DNA from: Eledone cirrhosa
Lineage: Eukaryota
Assembly (NCBI GenBank): GCA_964016885.1
Contig: OZ024743.1
Coordinates: 328,414,001 to 328,478,000, forward strand
Length of the DNA stretch: 64,000 bases
Direction of reading: 5' to 3'
How positions within the stretch are numbered: position 1 is the stretch's first letter; the number at the start of each line of letters is the position of its first letter. The notes beneath the pieces were generated by a model. The model did not search any database and was not told the origin of the DNA. It worked only from the letters and a program-made list of their open reading frames with translations. The position numbers and the translations under genes were made by a program. Shown in pieces: positions 22,322 through 35,570 of this stretch.

Positions 22322-25300
22322 ATGGCTATGCTAAGAGTAGGCTGTTTAAATGCGCGTGGCCTGGGCTCAACTTGGAAGCAAGCAATGCTTCTAAATGACC
22401 TCAGGTCACAACGTATAGATGTGATGGTTATTTGCGAGGCCCGGATCAGCAACGTGCGACAGCTAGCCCCCACCTTTGATGACTTTGAGATGCACGCATC
22501 TCTCTGTCAGCCCGGAGGTGGGGGTGGAGTTGTCGTTCTGCTGCAAAAACATCTGGGTCTCGCAACACAGATGGTACATTTGGACCCGGAGGGTCGACTA
22601 GTGGTTCTGGACCTTGGCAGTGGTAAAGGCGGAGCGTTTAGGTTGGTAGCCGCCTACGGCCCTTTCGGGTCAATGCGGCCGGACTTCTTCCATCGTCTGG
22701 AGACTTTTCTGGGGACGTCCCGCTCCTTGCTATTAGTGGGGGACTGGAATGGTATCCTAGATGCACGCTGGGACTACGTAGGGGCCTGCCCCGATAGAGA
22801 GGGGTGTAATAGCCTCAAAGGGTTAATCGGTCGATTTGACCTGGCCGATAGATATCGACTAGATTTTCCGACTGCGCCAACCTGGACTTGGGCAAATCGT
22901 AGCGGATCATCTAGGTCGTACCTAGATAGGTTCTTAGTTAGAATTAAGGATAAGGACTTTTTAAGTTGTCCAAAAATGCGCATGGTTGGCTATTCAGACC
23001 ACAAATTAGTGACCTGCATGGTCAACCTTGACAGAACTCATAGACAGGGCCCCGGTTACTGGAAGCTCAACTTGTCCTTGCCGGCAAGTAGAGCCTACAG
23101 GAATCGGATTAGTACGTTAGTTAAGGAACGGTTGACTGGAGCGATCGTCAACAGCAGGTGGTGGGTATCTCTAAAGAGAGAGATTAGAGTAGTCTCGATA
23201 GAATTTAGTAAGGTTCTAGCTGCGGATAGGAATAGGAAGGAAAGGGAGCTAATAGATAGAGTAGAAGAGGCAATTAGAAGCGGCGACGTGGCAAGAGTGC
23301 TAGCGTCGAGAACGGCTTTGAGCCAGTTTTTCGACGCGAAGCACGAAGGCTGCGTTGTCCGAAGTAAAATACGTGCTCTAGGGAACGAGGGGACCAAAGC
23401 TGTTAGCTGGGCCCGCGTGACAGAGGCCAACAGTGGAACTAAATCCACCATCCGGTCTTTGCGAGACCTGGATGGACGGGCGATTCTTGAGCCTAAGCAG
23501 ATGTGTGAGGCCTTTCAAAGGCACTTTGCCCGACTGTTCGGGAGGGGCGGGGAGCCGGTTGGGAACGTGGACTTCGGTCCATACCTCGACGGCCTGCCGC
23601 GCCTCTCGGACAGGGAGGCGAAGTCCTGCGAGGAGCCGATTTCGGCCGCTGAGATAGAGGACGTGCTGAGCCAATGCGGCAAACGCAAATCCCCGGGTCT
23701 CGATGGTCTTCCTTACGAATTATATCTAGCTATGCCGGACTTGTTCCCCGATCTCCTCGAGGCGGTCTACTGCAACTGGCAACAGAACGGGAGAATTCCC
23801 TGTACTGTGACCAAGGGCGTAGTCACGCTAGTGAGGAAGGACGAGAACAAGGGGGACGAAATAAGTAACTTCAGGCCCATAACACTGCTAAATACAGAGT
23901 TACAGATTTTGGCCAAGGTGCTAGCAAAGAGGTTGGCGCTTGTCGTGGGCAACCTGGTGGGAGATGCGCAGACATGCGCTATCCCGTCCAGGTCCATCCA
24001 TGACAACCTCCACCTCATGCGATACATCATAGAGAGGGTTGGGAACGAACCCGGCTTTGGTGGGGCTCTGATCAACTTGGATCAATCTAAGGCGTTCGAT
24101 AGGGTCGACCATGGTTACCTGGATGCGGTGCTAGCGGCGGCAGGCTTCGGACCCGTTTTCAGGGGCTGGATCACTGCTATGCACAGCAGCCGCATCTGCT
24201 CTAGGGTCAAGGTGAACGGCTACCTCTCGGAGCCGTTCCAAACCGCGCGGTCCATCCGACAAGGGTGCCCTCTCTCCTCCCTTCTGTATGTGTTGACTCT
24301 CGAGCCACTACTGCGGAAGTTGGAGTTGTTGCAGGGCATCCCCTTGGAACCGGGATTGCGGAAAGCGGTGTCGGCCTACGCCGATGACGTGACAGTAATG
24401 GTGTCGACGGCCTCCGAAATCGAGGCGGTCGGCACCTTACTGGAGGAGTACGAAAGGTTCACAGGGGCTAAGCTGAACCGGGACAAGTCGATCGGTTTGC
24501 AACTCGGCACGTGGGGGGGCAGACCGATGCCCTCCGATAGCGTCGTCGGACGCTGGACGGAGGGCCCGGTGAAGTTGCTCGGGGTCTGGTTCGGACCGGA
24601 CCTCCAGGTGGAGAAAAACTGGGCGGAGGTTACGAACAGGGTGTTTGCACTGACCCAGAAGTGGGCCAGTTGCAAACTATCCCTGAAAGGTCGGGCGGAA
24701 GTGGCGAACACCTACATAGCGTCCGTCATCTACTACCGCCTGACCGTAGTGCCCTGCCCAAGGGAAACCCTCACCAAGATGGAGCGCGCGCTCTTCCAAT
24801 TCCTTTGGAAGAGGCGGGCTCCTATGGTGAGGAGATCCATCTGCTGTCAACACCCTTCGAAAGGAGGGCTGGGGATGCCGTGGCTAATGATGCGTAAACA
24901 CGCATTAAGGCTACGGCACCTCTACGTATTCCTCACCGGACAACCGGTGTGGGCCTCGTTTGTGAGACGAACCTTTCCCAGACTCGTCTCACTCACCGAG
25001 CTGCAATCCTGGGTCAAGCAAAGACCGAGAAAACTGGGCGCCTGGCACACTGAGTGTGCCCAGGCGCTCACCGCCCTCTGGCAGGCGGATCCGGTTATCA
25101 GTGGAGACTCCACCGCAACATTCTATAGAGGGCTGGTACGCAGCAGGTGCGACGACGCCCTCGGAGAAGCCCTAGACATGGAGGAGGACGAACTGGCCAG
25201 CCTGTTCGGTAGGACATTCAGCCCAGGACCTATGGACAACTTCCAGAAGTCCCTGGCCTGGCAGTGCTACCGAGGGGCTTTACCCGTTCGAGAAAGGCTC

Positions 25301-25759
25301 TACAGACACGGGCGCCCGGGTAGGGACCCCGCCAAAAAGATCTGTCCCAGATGCGTGTGCGACGAGGAAACCGTTGCACACGCATTGGTACACTGCTCGG
25401 GCGTAGCCGATCTGTGGGGCTATGTCGAACAACTGCTGTCAAGGGTGGGACCGATCCGGTTGACCACCGAGTCTATTGTAATGATCAAGCCGCCTCCCCC
25501 CTTCAAAGATGAAGCAGAGGCGGTGTTTCTGTGCGTAATAGCCATGGCGAAAGAGGTTGTATGGTGGACGCGTCTGAAAGGACTGAGGTCAGGCACCTTT
25601 CTCTCTGGCCAACAACTGGTCCGTTTCTTCCGATATCATTTCGGAAGAAGGATCAGGATGGAGAGAGAGGTGCTGCACCCCAGCCGTTTCTATGAAAGAT
25701 GGGTGAAAGTGGCGAGAATGGCCCGTGTGAATGGGCCTTCACTCTACATCAGACTATAG
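22322..25759 (+). CDS. LINE ORF2: APE endonuclease + reverse transcriptase + zinc finger
   Basis: Same motifs as copy 1; open frame. Confidence 0.96.
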   Translation: MAMLRVGCLNARGLGSTWKQAMLLNDLRSQRIDVMVICEARISNVRQLAPTFDDFEMHASLCQPGGGGGVVVLLQKHLGLATQMVHLDPEGRLVVLDLGSGKGGAFRLVAAYGPFGSMRPDFFHRLETFLGTSRSLLLVGDWNGILDARWDYVGACPDREGCNSLKGLIGRFDLADRYRLDFPTAPTWTWANRSGSSRSYLDRFLVRIKDKDFLSCPKMRMVGYSDHKLVTCMVNLDRTHRQGPGYWKLNLSLPASRAYRNRISTLVKERLTGAIVNSRWWVSLKREIRVVSIEFSKVLAADRNRKERELIDRVEEAIRSGDVARVLASRTALSQFFDAKHEGCVVRSKIRALGNEGTKAVSWARVTEANSGTKSTIRSLRDLDGRAILEPKQMCEAFQRHFARLFGRGGEPVGNVDFGPYLDGLPRLSDREAKSCEEPISAAEIEDVLSQCGKRKSPGLDGLPYELYLAMPDLFPDLLEAVYCNWQQNGRIPCTVTKGVVTLVRKDENKGDEISNFRPITLLNTELQILAKVLAKRLALVVGNLVGDAQTCAIPSRSIHDNLHLMRYIIERVGNEPGFGGALINLDQSKAFDRVDHGYLDAVLAAAGFGPVFRGWITAMHSSRICSRVKVNGYLSEPFQTARSIRQGCPLSSLLYVLTLEPLLRKLELLQGIPLEPGLRKAVSAYADDVTVMVSTASEIEAVGTLLEEYERFTGAKLNRDKSIGLQLGTWGGRPMPSDSVVGRWTEGPVKLLGVWFGPDLQVEKNWAEVTNRVFALTQKWASCKLSLKGRAEVANTYIASVIYYRLTVVPCPRETLTKMERALFQFLWKRRAPMVRRSICCQHPSKGGLGMPWLMMRKHALRLRHLYVFLTGQPVWASFVRRTFPRLVSLTELQSWVKQRPRKLGAWHTECAQALTALWQADPVISGDSTATFYRGLVRSRCDDALGEALDMEEDELASLFGRTFSPGPMDNFQKSLAWQCYRGALPVRERLYRHGRPGRDPAKKICPRCVCDEETVAHALVHCSGVADLWGYVEQLLSRVGPIRLTTESIVMIKPPPPFKDEAEAVFLCVIAMAKEVVWWTRLKGLRSGTFLSGQQLVRFFRYHFGRRIRMEREVLHPSRFYERWVKVARMARVNGPSLYIRL

Positions 25760-26023
25760 GTGAGGAAGATGAAAGACCAAGGGAGCACCCCTTCTCTGTG
25801 CTCCTGAGGAGAAGGGTTGCACACTTTTTTCGGGGGTGTGTGCGACCCCCCAAGGCGCCTCCTCTCTATTGAGGATTTTGTTAAAAATTTTATTTTTTGT
25901 TATATCTTATTTTATTTTTATATTTTGTTATTGCCTCCTCCTTATTGAGGACGCCTTTTTGTGTAAACTCCCCCCTTTGTACTTGTCCCACTTTTGATGC
26001 CCTAGTGGCAAATAAAAGAAACA

Positions 26024-26087
<64 letters not shown>

Positions 26088-26092
26088 CGTTT

Positions 26093-26725
26093 ATGCCCTA
26101 GATGCGTGCGTCACGAAGAAACCGTGGCGCACGCATTGGTGCAATGTCCTGGCGTGGCTGATCTGTGGGGCTACGCCGAACAACTGCTGTCGCGGGTGGC
26201 GCCGATTAAATTGACCGCCGAGTCCGTGATGACAATCAAACCGCCTCCCCTCTTCACAAAGGAAGCAAAGGCGGTTTTTCTGTGCGTAATAGCCATGTTG
26301 AAAGAGGTTGTTTGGTGGACACGATTGAAAGGTCTGAGGTCAGGCAACTTCCTCTCTGGCCATAGTCTGGTCTACTTCTTCCGATATCACTTCGGAAGAA
26401 GGATAAGAATGGAGAGAGAGGTGCTTGGCCACAGGCAGTTTTATGAAAGGTGGGTGATAGTGGCGAGAATGGCTCGTGTAAATGGGCCTTCTCTGTATAC
26501 CATCCTGTAGGTAAAGAAGTAAAGGAGAGGGGAGCACCTTCTCCATGTGCTCCCCGGGCAAAGGATTGCACACTTTTTCGGGGGTGTGTGCAACCCCCAT
26601 CACGTCCCCTCCCTTTTGAGGTTATTTTCGATTATTTTCATGTTACACCCTTTTTACTCGATTATATGTAAACTCCCCCTTTGTATTTGTCCCTTCTTTT
26701 TATGCCTTTATGGTAAATAAAGAAA
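26093..26725 (+). mobile_element. Tx1-group LINE copy 3, 5'-truncated, diverged subfamily, with target-site duplication
   Basis: ORF 26106..26510 aligns to ORF2 C-terminus; flanked on both sides by ...TATCTATCCGTTT. Confidence 0.92.
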
Positions 26726-26793
26726 TCTATCTATCTATCTATCCGTTTGAATGACTGTCTGTTTGTCTGTCTGTTTTTCTCTCTCCCTCTACA

Positions 26794-26856
26794 TCTTCTT
26801 CTTCTTCGCCCACTTATTCCTGGAAGGGTCATGGGGGAAGAGTCCTCAAACACTGC
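26794..26856 (-). mobile_element. RTE-like 3' terminus with (AGA)n tail
   Basis: Reverse complement of CAGGAATAAGTGGGCGAAGAAGAAGA seen at ~39755. Confidence 0.65.
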
Positions 26857-27087
26857 ACGAAACCGGATAAACTTTTAGTTTGAGACACACACACATATAT
26901 ATATAAATTTATATATGTACGCATATATATATATATATATGTAATGCACGTGTATAATACTATACGTATGCAATGATGTGCGTATTTAGAGGTCTACGTA
27001 TGTAACACTGTATATATGTCTACAATTCTGTATGTATATAGCTGTGTATGCATGTAATGGTGAATAAATATACATACATACACACAC

Positions 27088-27181
<94 letters not shown>

Positions 27182-27288
27182 ATATATATATATATATATA
27201 TACACATGCATACATACACATACACACACACTCACACATACACATACGTATGCATATATACAAGCATACACACATATATAACTATATG

Positions 27289-27341
<53 letters not shown>

Positions 27342-27590
27342 TTATACAATGCTGTGTATATGTAAATGTCGGAGTGTAAAGTAATGTTTACGGTTGCTTT
27401 TAAGTGTTCCTTCCCTTTACTAAAGTGCATAGCCTCATAAATAAGGAGGAATGACTTGGCAGAGAAGATGTCGATTATTATTCCATTCACAGCAATGTCC
27501 AGCGAATACCTCCCATAGCGGAAATCACATTGAATACTGGGAAATTAGATGATCACTTGCTCATACGGCATATCAGCAATGTAACGGACG

Positions 27591-30500
27591 TTGATAGAAC
27601 TAGGAGGTAGTTATTACTACAACATTACTATATTATGTTGATAGTACCAGGAGGTAGTTATTACTACAATATTACTATATTATGTTGATAGTACCAGGAG
27701 GTAGTTATTACTACAACATTACTATATTATATTGATAGTACCAGGAGGTAGTTATTACTACAACATTACTATATTATATTGATAGTACCAGGAGGTAGTT
27801 ATTACTACAACATTACTATATTATATTGAGAGAACTAGGAGGTAGTTATTACTACAACATTACTATATTATATTGATAGTACCAGGAGGTAGTTATTACT
27901 ACAACATTACTATATTATATTGAGAGAACCAGGAGGTAGTTATTACTACAACATTACTATATTATATTGATAGAACCAGGAGGTAGTTATTACTACAAAA
28001 TTACTATATTATATTGATAGAACCAGGAGCTAGTTATTACTACAACATTACTATATTATATTGATAGTACCAGGAGGTAGTTATTACTACAACATTACTA
28101 TATTATATTGATAGTACCAGGAGGTAGTTATTACTACAACATTAGTATATTATATTGATAGTACCAGGAGGTAGTTATTACTACAACATTACTATATTAT
28201 ATTGAGAGAACTAGGAGGTAGTTATTACTACAACATTACTATATTATATTGAGAGAACTAGGAGGTAGTTATTACTACAACATTACTATATTATATTGAG
28301 AGAACCAGGAGGTAGTTATTACTACAACATTACTATATTATATTGAGAGAACTAGGAGGTAGTTATTACTACAACATTACTATATTATATTGATAGTACC
28401 GGGAGGTAGTTATTACTACAACATTACTATATTATATTGATAGTACCAGGAGGTAGTTATTACTACAACATTACTATATTATATTGTGAGAACCAGGAGG
28501 TAGTTATTACTACAACATTACTATATTATATTGATAGTACCAGGAGGTAGTTATTACTACAATATTACTATATTATATTGAGAGAACTAGGAGGTAGTTA
28601 TTACTACAACATTACTATATTATATTGAGAGAACTAGGAGGTAGTTATTACTACAACATTACTATATTATATTGAGAGAACCAGGAGGTAGTTATTACTA
28701 CAACATTACTATATTATATTGAGAGAACTAGGAGGTAGTTATTACTACAACATTACTATATTATATTGATAGTACCAGGAGGTAGTTATTACTACAACAT
28801 TACTATATTATATTGTGAGAACCAGGAGGTAGTTATTACTACAACATTACTATATTATATTGATAGTACCAGGAGGTAGTTATTACTACAATATTACTAT
28901 ATTATATTGAGAGAACTAGGAGGTAGTTATTACTACAACATTACTATATTATATTGAGAGAACTAGGAGGTAGTTATTACTACAACATTACTATATTATA
29001 TTGAGAGAACCAGGAGGTAGTTATTACTACAACATTACTATATTATATTGAGAGAACTAGGAGGTAGTTATTACTACAACATTACTATATTATATTGATA
29101 GTACCGGGAGGTAGTTATTACTACAACATTACTATATTATATTGATAGTACCAGGAGGTAGTTATTACTACAACATTACTATATTATATTGTGAGAACCA
29201 GGAGGTAGTTATTACTACAACATTACTATATTATATTGATAGTACCAGGAGGTAGTTATTACTACAATATTACTATATTATATTGAGAGAACTAGGAGGT
29301 AGTTATTACTACAACATTACTATATTATATTGATAGTACCAGGAGGTAGTTATTACTACAACATTACTATATTATATTGAGAGAACCAGGAGGTAGTTAT
29401 TACTACAACATTACTATATTATATTGATAGTACCAGGAGGTAGTTATTACTACAACATTACTATATTATATTGATAGAACCAGGAGCTAGTTATTACTAC
29501 AACATTACTATATTATATTGAGAGAACTAGGAGGTAGTTATTACTACAACATTACTATATTATATTGATAGAACCAGGAGCTAGTTATTACTACAACATT
29601 ACTATATTATATTGAGAGAACTAGGAGGTAGTTATTACTACAACATTACTATATTATATTGATAGTACCAGGAGGTAGTTATTACTACAACATTACTATA
29701 TTATATTGAGAGAACTAGGAGGTAGTTATTACTACAACATTACTATATTATATTGAGAGAACTAGGAGGTAGTTATTACTACAACATTACTATATTATAT
29801 TGAGAGAACTAGGAGGTAGTTATTACTACAACATTACTATATTATATTGAGAGAACTAGGAGGTAGTTATTACTACAACATTACTATATTATATTGAGAG
29901 AACTAGGTGGTAGTTATTACTACAACATTACTATATTATATTGAGAGAACTAGGAGGTAGTTATTACTACAACATTACTATATTATGTTGATAGTACCAG
30001 GAGGTAGTTATTACTACAACATTACTATATTATATTGAGAGAACCAGGAGGTAGTTATTACTACAACATTACTATATTATATTGAGAGAACCAGGAGGTA
30101 GTTATTACTACAACATTACTATATTATATTGATAGTACCAGGAGGTAGTTATTACTACAACATTACTATATTATATTGAGAGAACTAGGAGGTAGTTATT
30201 ACTACAACATTACTATATTATATTGAGAGAACTAGGTGGTAGTTATTACTACAACATTACTATATTATATTGAGAGAACCAGGAGGTAGTTATTACTACA
30301 ACATTACTATATTATATTGATAGTACCAGGAGGTAGTTATTACTACAACATTACTATATTATATTGAGAGAACCAGGAGGTAGTTATTACTACAACATTA
30401 CTATATTATATTGAGAGAACTAGGAGGTAGTTATTACTACAACATTACTATATTATATTGATAGTACCAGGAGGTAGTTATTACTACAACATTACTATAT

Positions 30501-30774
30501 TATATTGAGAGAACTAGGAGGTAGTTATTACTACAACATTACCATATTATATTGATAGTACCAGGAGGTAGTTATTACTACAACATTACTATATTATATT
30601 GATAGTACCAGGAGGTAGTTATTACTACAACATTACTATATTATATTGAGAGAACTAGGAGGTAGTTATTACTACAACATTACTATATTATATTGAGAGA
30701 ACTAGGAGGTAGTTATTACTACAACATTACTATATTATATTGAGAGAACTAGGAGGTAGTTATTACTACAACAT
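27591..30774. repeat. 47-bp minisatellite, ~68 copies
   Basis: Unit GA(T/G)AG(T/A)AC(C/T)AGGAGGTAGTTATTACTACAACATTACTATATTATATT. Confidence 0.98.
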
Positions 30775-30947
30775 AGCGAGGAAATGCTTTGCATGGAGCC
30801 AATCCCACTCTTTGGACATTGAATACATTTACCCAAAAGAAGAACTGGTAGACATCATTGGATGCCACGAAGTCGGAGTGCCCTTCTCCTAGAGACATGT
30901 CTTAATGAAGACCAGGAGTCCCTCGCGCCATAAAAAAAAACTTTATA

Positions 30948-31139
30948 GGATGGCCGTTGACTCTCATGAGTTCCTCCACCCTTTTGATGGTTTATTTTTT
31001 CATTCCGCAGGGTGTTTAAATATTCCCCTCCTCACCAAACAAGCTTGGTGGGGTTGCTGGTTTAGTCAGCGACGATCCGACCATGCACAGGTTGTACTGG
31101 GTTACATGTTACCAGTAGCGCTGAAGAGCGACCTGACAT
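30948..31139 (-). mobile_element. Interspersed repeat related to the left part of 51718-52327
   Basis: Minus strand GCTACTGGTAACATGTAACCCAGTACAACCTGT...GACTAAAC...GGTGAGGAGGG matches ~51720-51910. Confidence 0.7.
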
Positions 31140-31159
31140 ATATATATACATATATATAT

Positions 31160-31426
<267 letters not shown>

Positions 31427-31886
31427 AATATGAGAATAAACGTGCTGCGTGGTTGCGAATGGGTTACATATGAATAAAGTTAGTCCTTCATCAGTGATCT
31501 TCCAACCATCATTGGTATTTCATCGCTTTAAAGACCATATACCTCCAGTTAGTGCGAGCAACGGCTAAAAAAAAGTCGTTGGGACACGTAAATAAAGGGG
31601 ACACGAGAGTGTAAACAAACAAAGATGGTGAAGCAACGAAAAGTGAGGAAGAACGAGTCAAGTCCCAAATTCGGTGAAATCGGGAACGAGAGAGAATAAA
31701 GACCATCAAACCTGCGAATTCACCGAACATGCACACACACACATATATAGAACAACATTAATTGGTTGAAAGATCTAATTGATAAGGTTTCGCAAGAAAT
31801 TTCAAGCTCCTATATATGTATATATATATATATATATATAAATTAAAACAATGAAATAGAAAATCAAGTCATTAGAGATATACTTC

Positions 31887-32022
31887 ACTGCTTTACGATC
31901 GTTTCTAGATGGTGATAATACATTGTATCTATACTCAGTTATTGATCTATGTAAGTTTACAAACTATCAGATAGAGAGAATATTTACTTACATGCATATC
32001 ACCAGCTGTTTTCAAAAGCAAT
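31887..32022 (-). ncRNA. Type I hammerhead ribozyme, U3-A8 core variant
   Basis: Minus: ATTGCTT-TTGAAAA-CAGCTGGTG...CACCATCTA-GAAA-CGATC-GTA-AAGCAGT, within the (TA)n-flanked insert 31841-32866. Confidence 0.72.
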
Positions 32023-32863
32023 AATAATTTTATTCAATAATAATTTTACTCAGAATTAGTATCATGTCCATATTTGGAGGTAGTTGAAGAACTAACGAAT
32101 CAAATTATATTTTTCATATGGTGTTAAGATGAAAAGTAATACACTTTAGTTGAGGTTATGACCCTTTGAAAGGAATGGTTGAAAGGTGTTAGTAGAAATG
32201 CCATAAAAATCTATTAGGAAGGAAGGGGATTGTCAAACTGATAGTTGAATGTATCTTGTATAGTGAATTTAAAAGGAATGTCAAAATAAATGGTGATTAG
32301 TGTTGTATTGAGTTTTAAGGTGAATATAAATTAATGTTATAGCTAGGAAAGAGAGTATATTAAAAGATGAACATTATAATAAGATAATGTGATATAGTAA
32401 TGCGATAATATACAACTTAACGTGATATAGTAATGCGATAATATACAACTTAACCAACAGAATATAGTACGGTGTGGTATAACATATTATACGCTCTAAA
32501 ATATTACTAAGTATGTTTATGCATAAATAATCAAACTCAGATAAGTACATGTTGGCATAGTTAAAACACATAAATTTCATAGTCTACAAAGTGCACATAT
32601 TCACACCACATATAGAGAGAGGTACAGTTATATTGATATCTAACCAAAATATACATACGTGCAAATAGATACAAACCTAAATACACACCCACACGCATGC
32701 ATATAATCATATATATACATATCCATACATATCTATATTCACACATACACATCTATACCTCTTTTTTTATCTCTGAGATTTATCTTAACCTACAACATTT
32801 TCAACATATGGATTACATTGAGTTCTTCATACAGAATAGACCCCACAACTTACAGTGTATACC

Positions 32864-32901
<38 letters not shown>

Positions 32902-32904
<3 letters not shown>

Positions 32905-33608
32905 GAAAGTATAGAAATTATTGTGAGCGTGAACCCAACAGTATTTCATAATATATAAGTGACTATAACGTCAAAATGGAAAAATAGTTAACGTAAGATA
33001 TGGGAAAATAATTCAAACTCAATTAAAAAAAAATCAAGACATAGATTTATCCACAGAATTTTGTGGAATCAAGGGAAAAATCAATAGAGCCTTAACTCAG
33101 AATAAAATAAAGTTTAAATACTCATCCTTCAATTTGGAAAAACTACAAATATAGTCTTAAAAAGACTATTTCACGAAACTTTCAGTGGGGATGGTCACGG
33201 TTGGAGTCGTTCGTCAGCAGAGCTCAAACACGATAACCCTAGTAACACTGTTAGAATATGCCAAAAAGGGAATTTAAAAAAACAGGCTAGTCCACATCAT
33301 GCGTAATTATGAAAATAAACGCACATGGAGAGATATGGCTGGTGACGCCATAATGAGACGAATATCTGTTTACAGGAAACAGCAGTCAAAAAACATTCCG
33401 AAAAAAACTCTACAAATGTAAGGAGTTCAGCAAAATAACAATATTATCCTGTTTTTTTAAAAAGAAAGACCAGGATTAGTCACAAATAATTTTAAGCACT
33501 CTATGAAAAAATTGAGAGTATAAATATAAATGAAAGTATAGAAATTATTGTGAGCGTGAAGACAACAGTATTTCATAATATATAAGTGTCTTAACGTTTC
33601 GGACGCTA
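32902..33608 (-). mobile_element. (TA)n-flanked element with ~70-bp terminal direct repeat (pLTR-like)
   Basis: 32902-32970 recurs at 33529-33597; minus strand begins with hammerhead 3' half TAGCGTCCGAAACGTTAAGA. Confidence 0.7.
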
Positions 33609-33684
33609 TATATATATATATATATATAAAATATTAAACAAATAATGAACAAACAATTCCTTATATTAAACAAAAAAAGTTCAC

Positions 33685-33829
33685 TATTTAACGATCGTTT
33701 CTAGGGTATATATGTGTTATAATTGGTATGCATATTTAACAGATCTATGTACAAAATTATACAAAATTATACAAATTATCAAGATTAAATATACATACCT
33801 AACTCATATATACGCCGTCTTCAGAAATA
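33685..33829 (-). ncRNA. Type I hammerhead ribozyme with long stem II insert, between ~62-bp inverted repeats
   Basis: Minus: TATTT-CTGAAGA-...-GAAA-CGATC-GTT-AAATA; IRs at 33628-33690 and 33841-33902. Confidence 0.72.
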
Positions 33830-34162
33830 ATGTGTGAACTTAAATAGTGAACTTTTTTTGTTTAATATAAGGAATTGTTTGTTCATTATTTGTTTAATAT
33901 TTTATCTTGACTCTGTATACCGTTTATCTTTCACCGAAAGTGGATTTTCATTACATCTCTTCTTTCCATGATATCCGGAATACATTGAGTTCTTCATACG
34001 GATTGGACACTACCGTAAACTCTTGGTAGATTTATCTACATATATATATATATATATATATAGCGTCCGAAACGTTAAGACCCTCTTCCTGGTATATCAA
34101 GCGTTAACCTAATATATCCCTTCCATATACTGTACCGATTGTGTTGTTATTTCTGTTTACCT

Positions 34163-34258
<96 letters not shown>

Positions 34259-34261
<3 letters not shown>

Positions 34262-34776
34262 TACCAGCTGAGCCCGGTTGCACCCGGGGCCACTTTTTAT
34301 TAAGTTAATAATTTGAAAAAATATTATTGAAAGTTTATTATAAAGAAGCAGTTTCAGGAAAAAAAAATATAGAAATATGCACTTGGGGCTGGACGGCGTA
34401 CAATGAGAAGCGTTGTTTATTAACAGCGAAATGGCAATGTCGATGATATGCAATTTGAAAAATACTACTTACTGAAAGTGGTAGTTAAGATGTATTAGAA
34501 TTAAAATAAAAACACACGTCCCTTCTTCGCAATTTAAGGGTTTTATTTCTTTTGATGGAAAACAGTGACCGTACTGCAGAATCGATTTCATAAAACGGTA
34601 TTGTAAGATCGTTAAATGTAGAAGGATGATAGTTTATTAACAGCGAAATAGCAATGTCGATGAGATGCAAGTAGTTTAAAAATGCATGTTATGAAGGTTT
34701 GTATGATAGTTTACAATTTTCCTGAAACTGCTTCTTTATAATAAACTTTCAATAATATTCTACCCCGGCCGGGTAG

Positions 34777-34778
<2 letters not shown>
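34259..34778. mobile_element. Possible Helitron/Helentron- or MITE-like non-autonomous element
   Basis: GC-rich terminal hairpins (CCCGGTTGCACCCGGG; CTACCCCGGCCGGGTAG) and ~40-bp internal IR (34323-34363 / 34717-34757). Confidence 0.4.
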
Positions 34779-34813
<35 letters not shown>

Positions 34814-34819
<6 letters not shown>

Positions 34820-35570
34820 GGAAAAAATGAAACGAAATTTCATTTCTCACTCTTAGTACGGCTGTTACTTAAATATAAGTATGTATACGTACATACATAT
34901 ATGTATACAGGCGTACAGTAGTATGTATATATATATACATGCACACATATATATATATATATATGTACGTATGGATTCACCGAACACTTATTACAATGCT
35001 CGGTGTGTTTGTAAACAAACATCCCGAATTAAGCCGTACAGTGTCTAGCAACCATCGTTGCTCATTTGTTTAATCCTGACAAAGGAACGCTGTACTAGTT
35101 TCAAACTTATTAGCTATCGTCAGCAACGTATACCTTCATGCCAGATGATTGAACATCTGAAAGCATATACTTTCCTTATGCATATTAACGGCTGAGCAGC
35201 CTAATTTGCATATCGAGTGAGTTAATCGGCCGGAGTACCGAAAACGATAAACGGAAAAAATGAAACGAAATTACATTTCTCATTCTTAGTACGGCTGTTA
35301 CTTAAATATAAGTATGTATACGTACATACATATATGTATACAGACGTACAGTAGGATGTATATATATATACATACATGCACATATATATATATATGTAGG
35401 TATGGATTCACCGAACACTTATTACAATGCTCGGTGTGTTTGTAAACAAACATCCCGAATTAAGCCGTACAGTGTCTAGCAACCATCGTTGCTCATTTGT
35501 TCAACCCTGACAAAGGAGCGCTGTACTAGTTTCAAGCTTATTAGCTATCGTCAGCTAATAAGCTTGAAAA
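34814..35570 (+). mobile_element. Partial tandem (~434-bp period) with two decayed hammerhead-like motifs
   Basis: TAAACGGAAAAAATGAAACG at 34814 and 35248; CTGACAAAGGA(A/G)C...GTTTCAA at ~35077 and ~35507. Confidence 0.65.

Larger units (their letters stand above)
20281..26022 (+). mobile_element. Tx1/L1-group non-LTR retrotransposon, copy 2, both ORFs intact, in (TATC)n
   Basis: Same architecture as copy 1; (TATC)n on both sides. Confidence 0.96.

Noticed and set aside
16939-25442. Antisense and alternative-frame ORFs shared by the two Tx1 copies
   Set aside because: Shared only because the DNA is near-identical and GC-rich.
27591-30774. CRISPR array or rolling-circle origin (TAGTTATTAC hairpin)
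   Set aside because: There are no unique spacers or cas genes; the motif differs from TAGTATTAC, lies partly in the stem, and no Rep gene is present.
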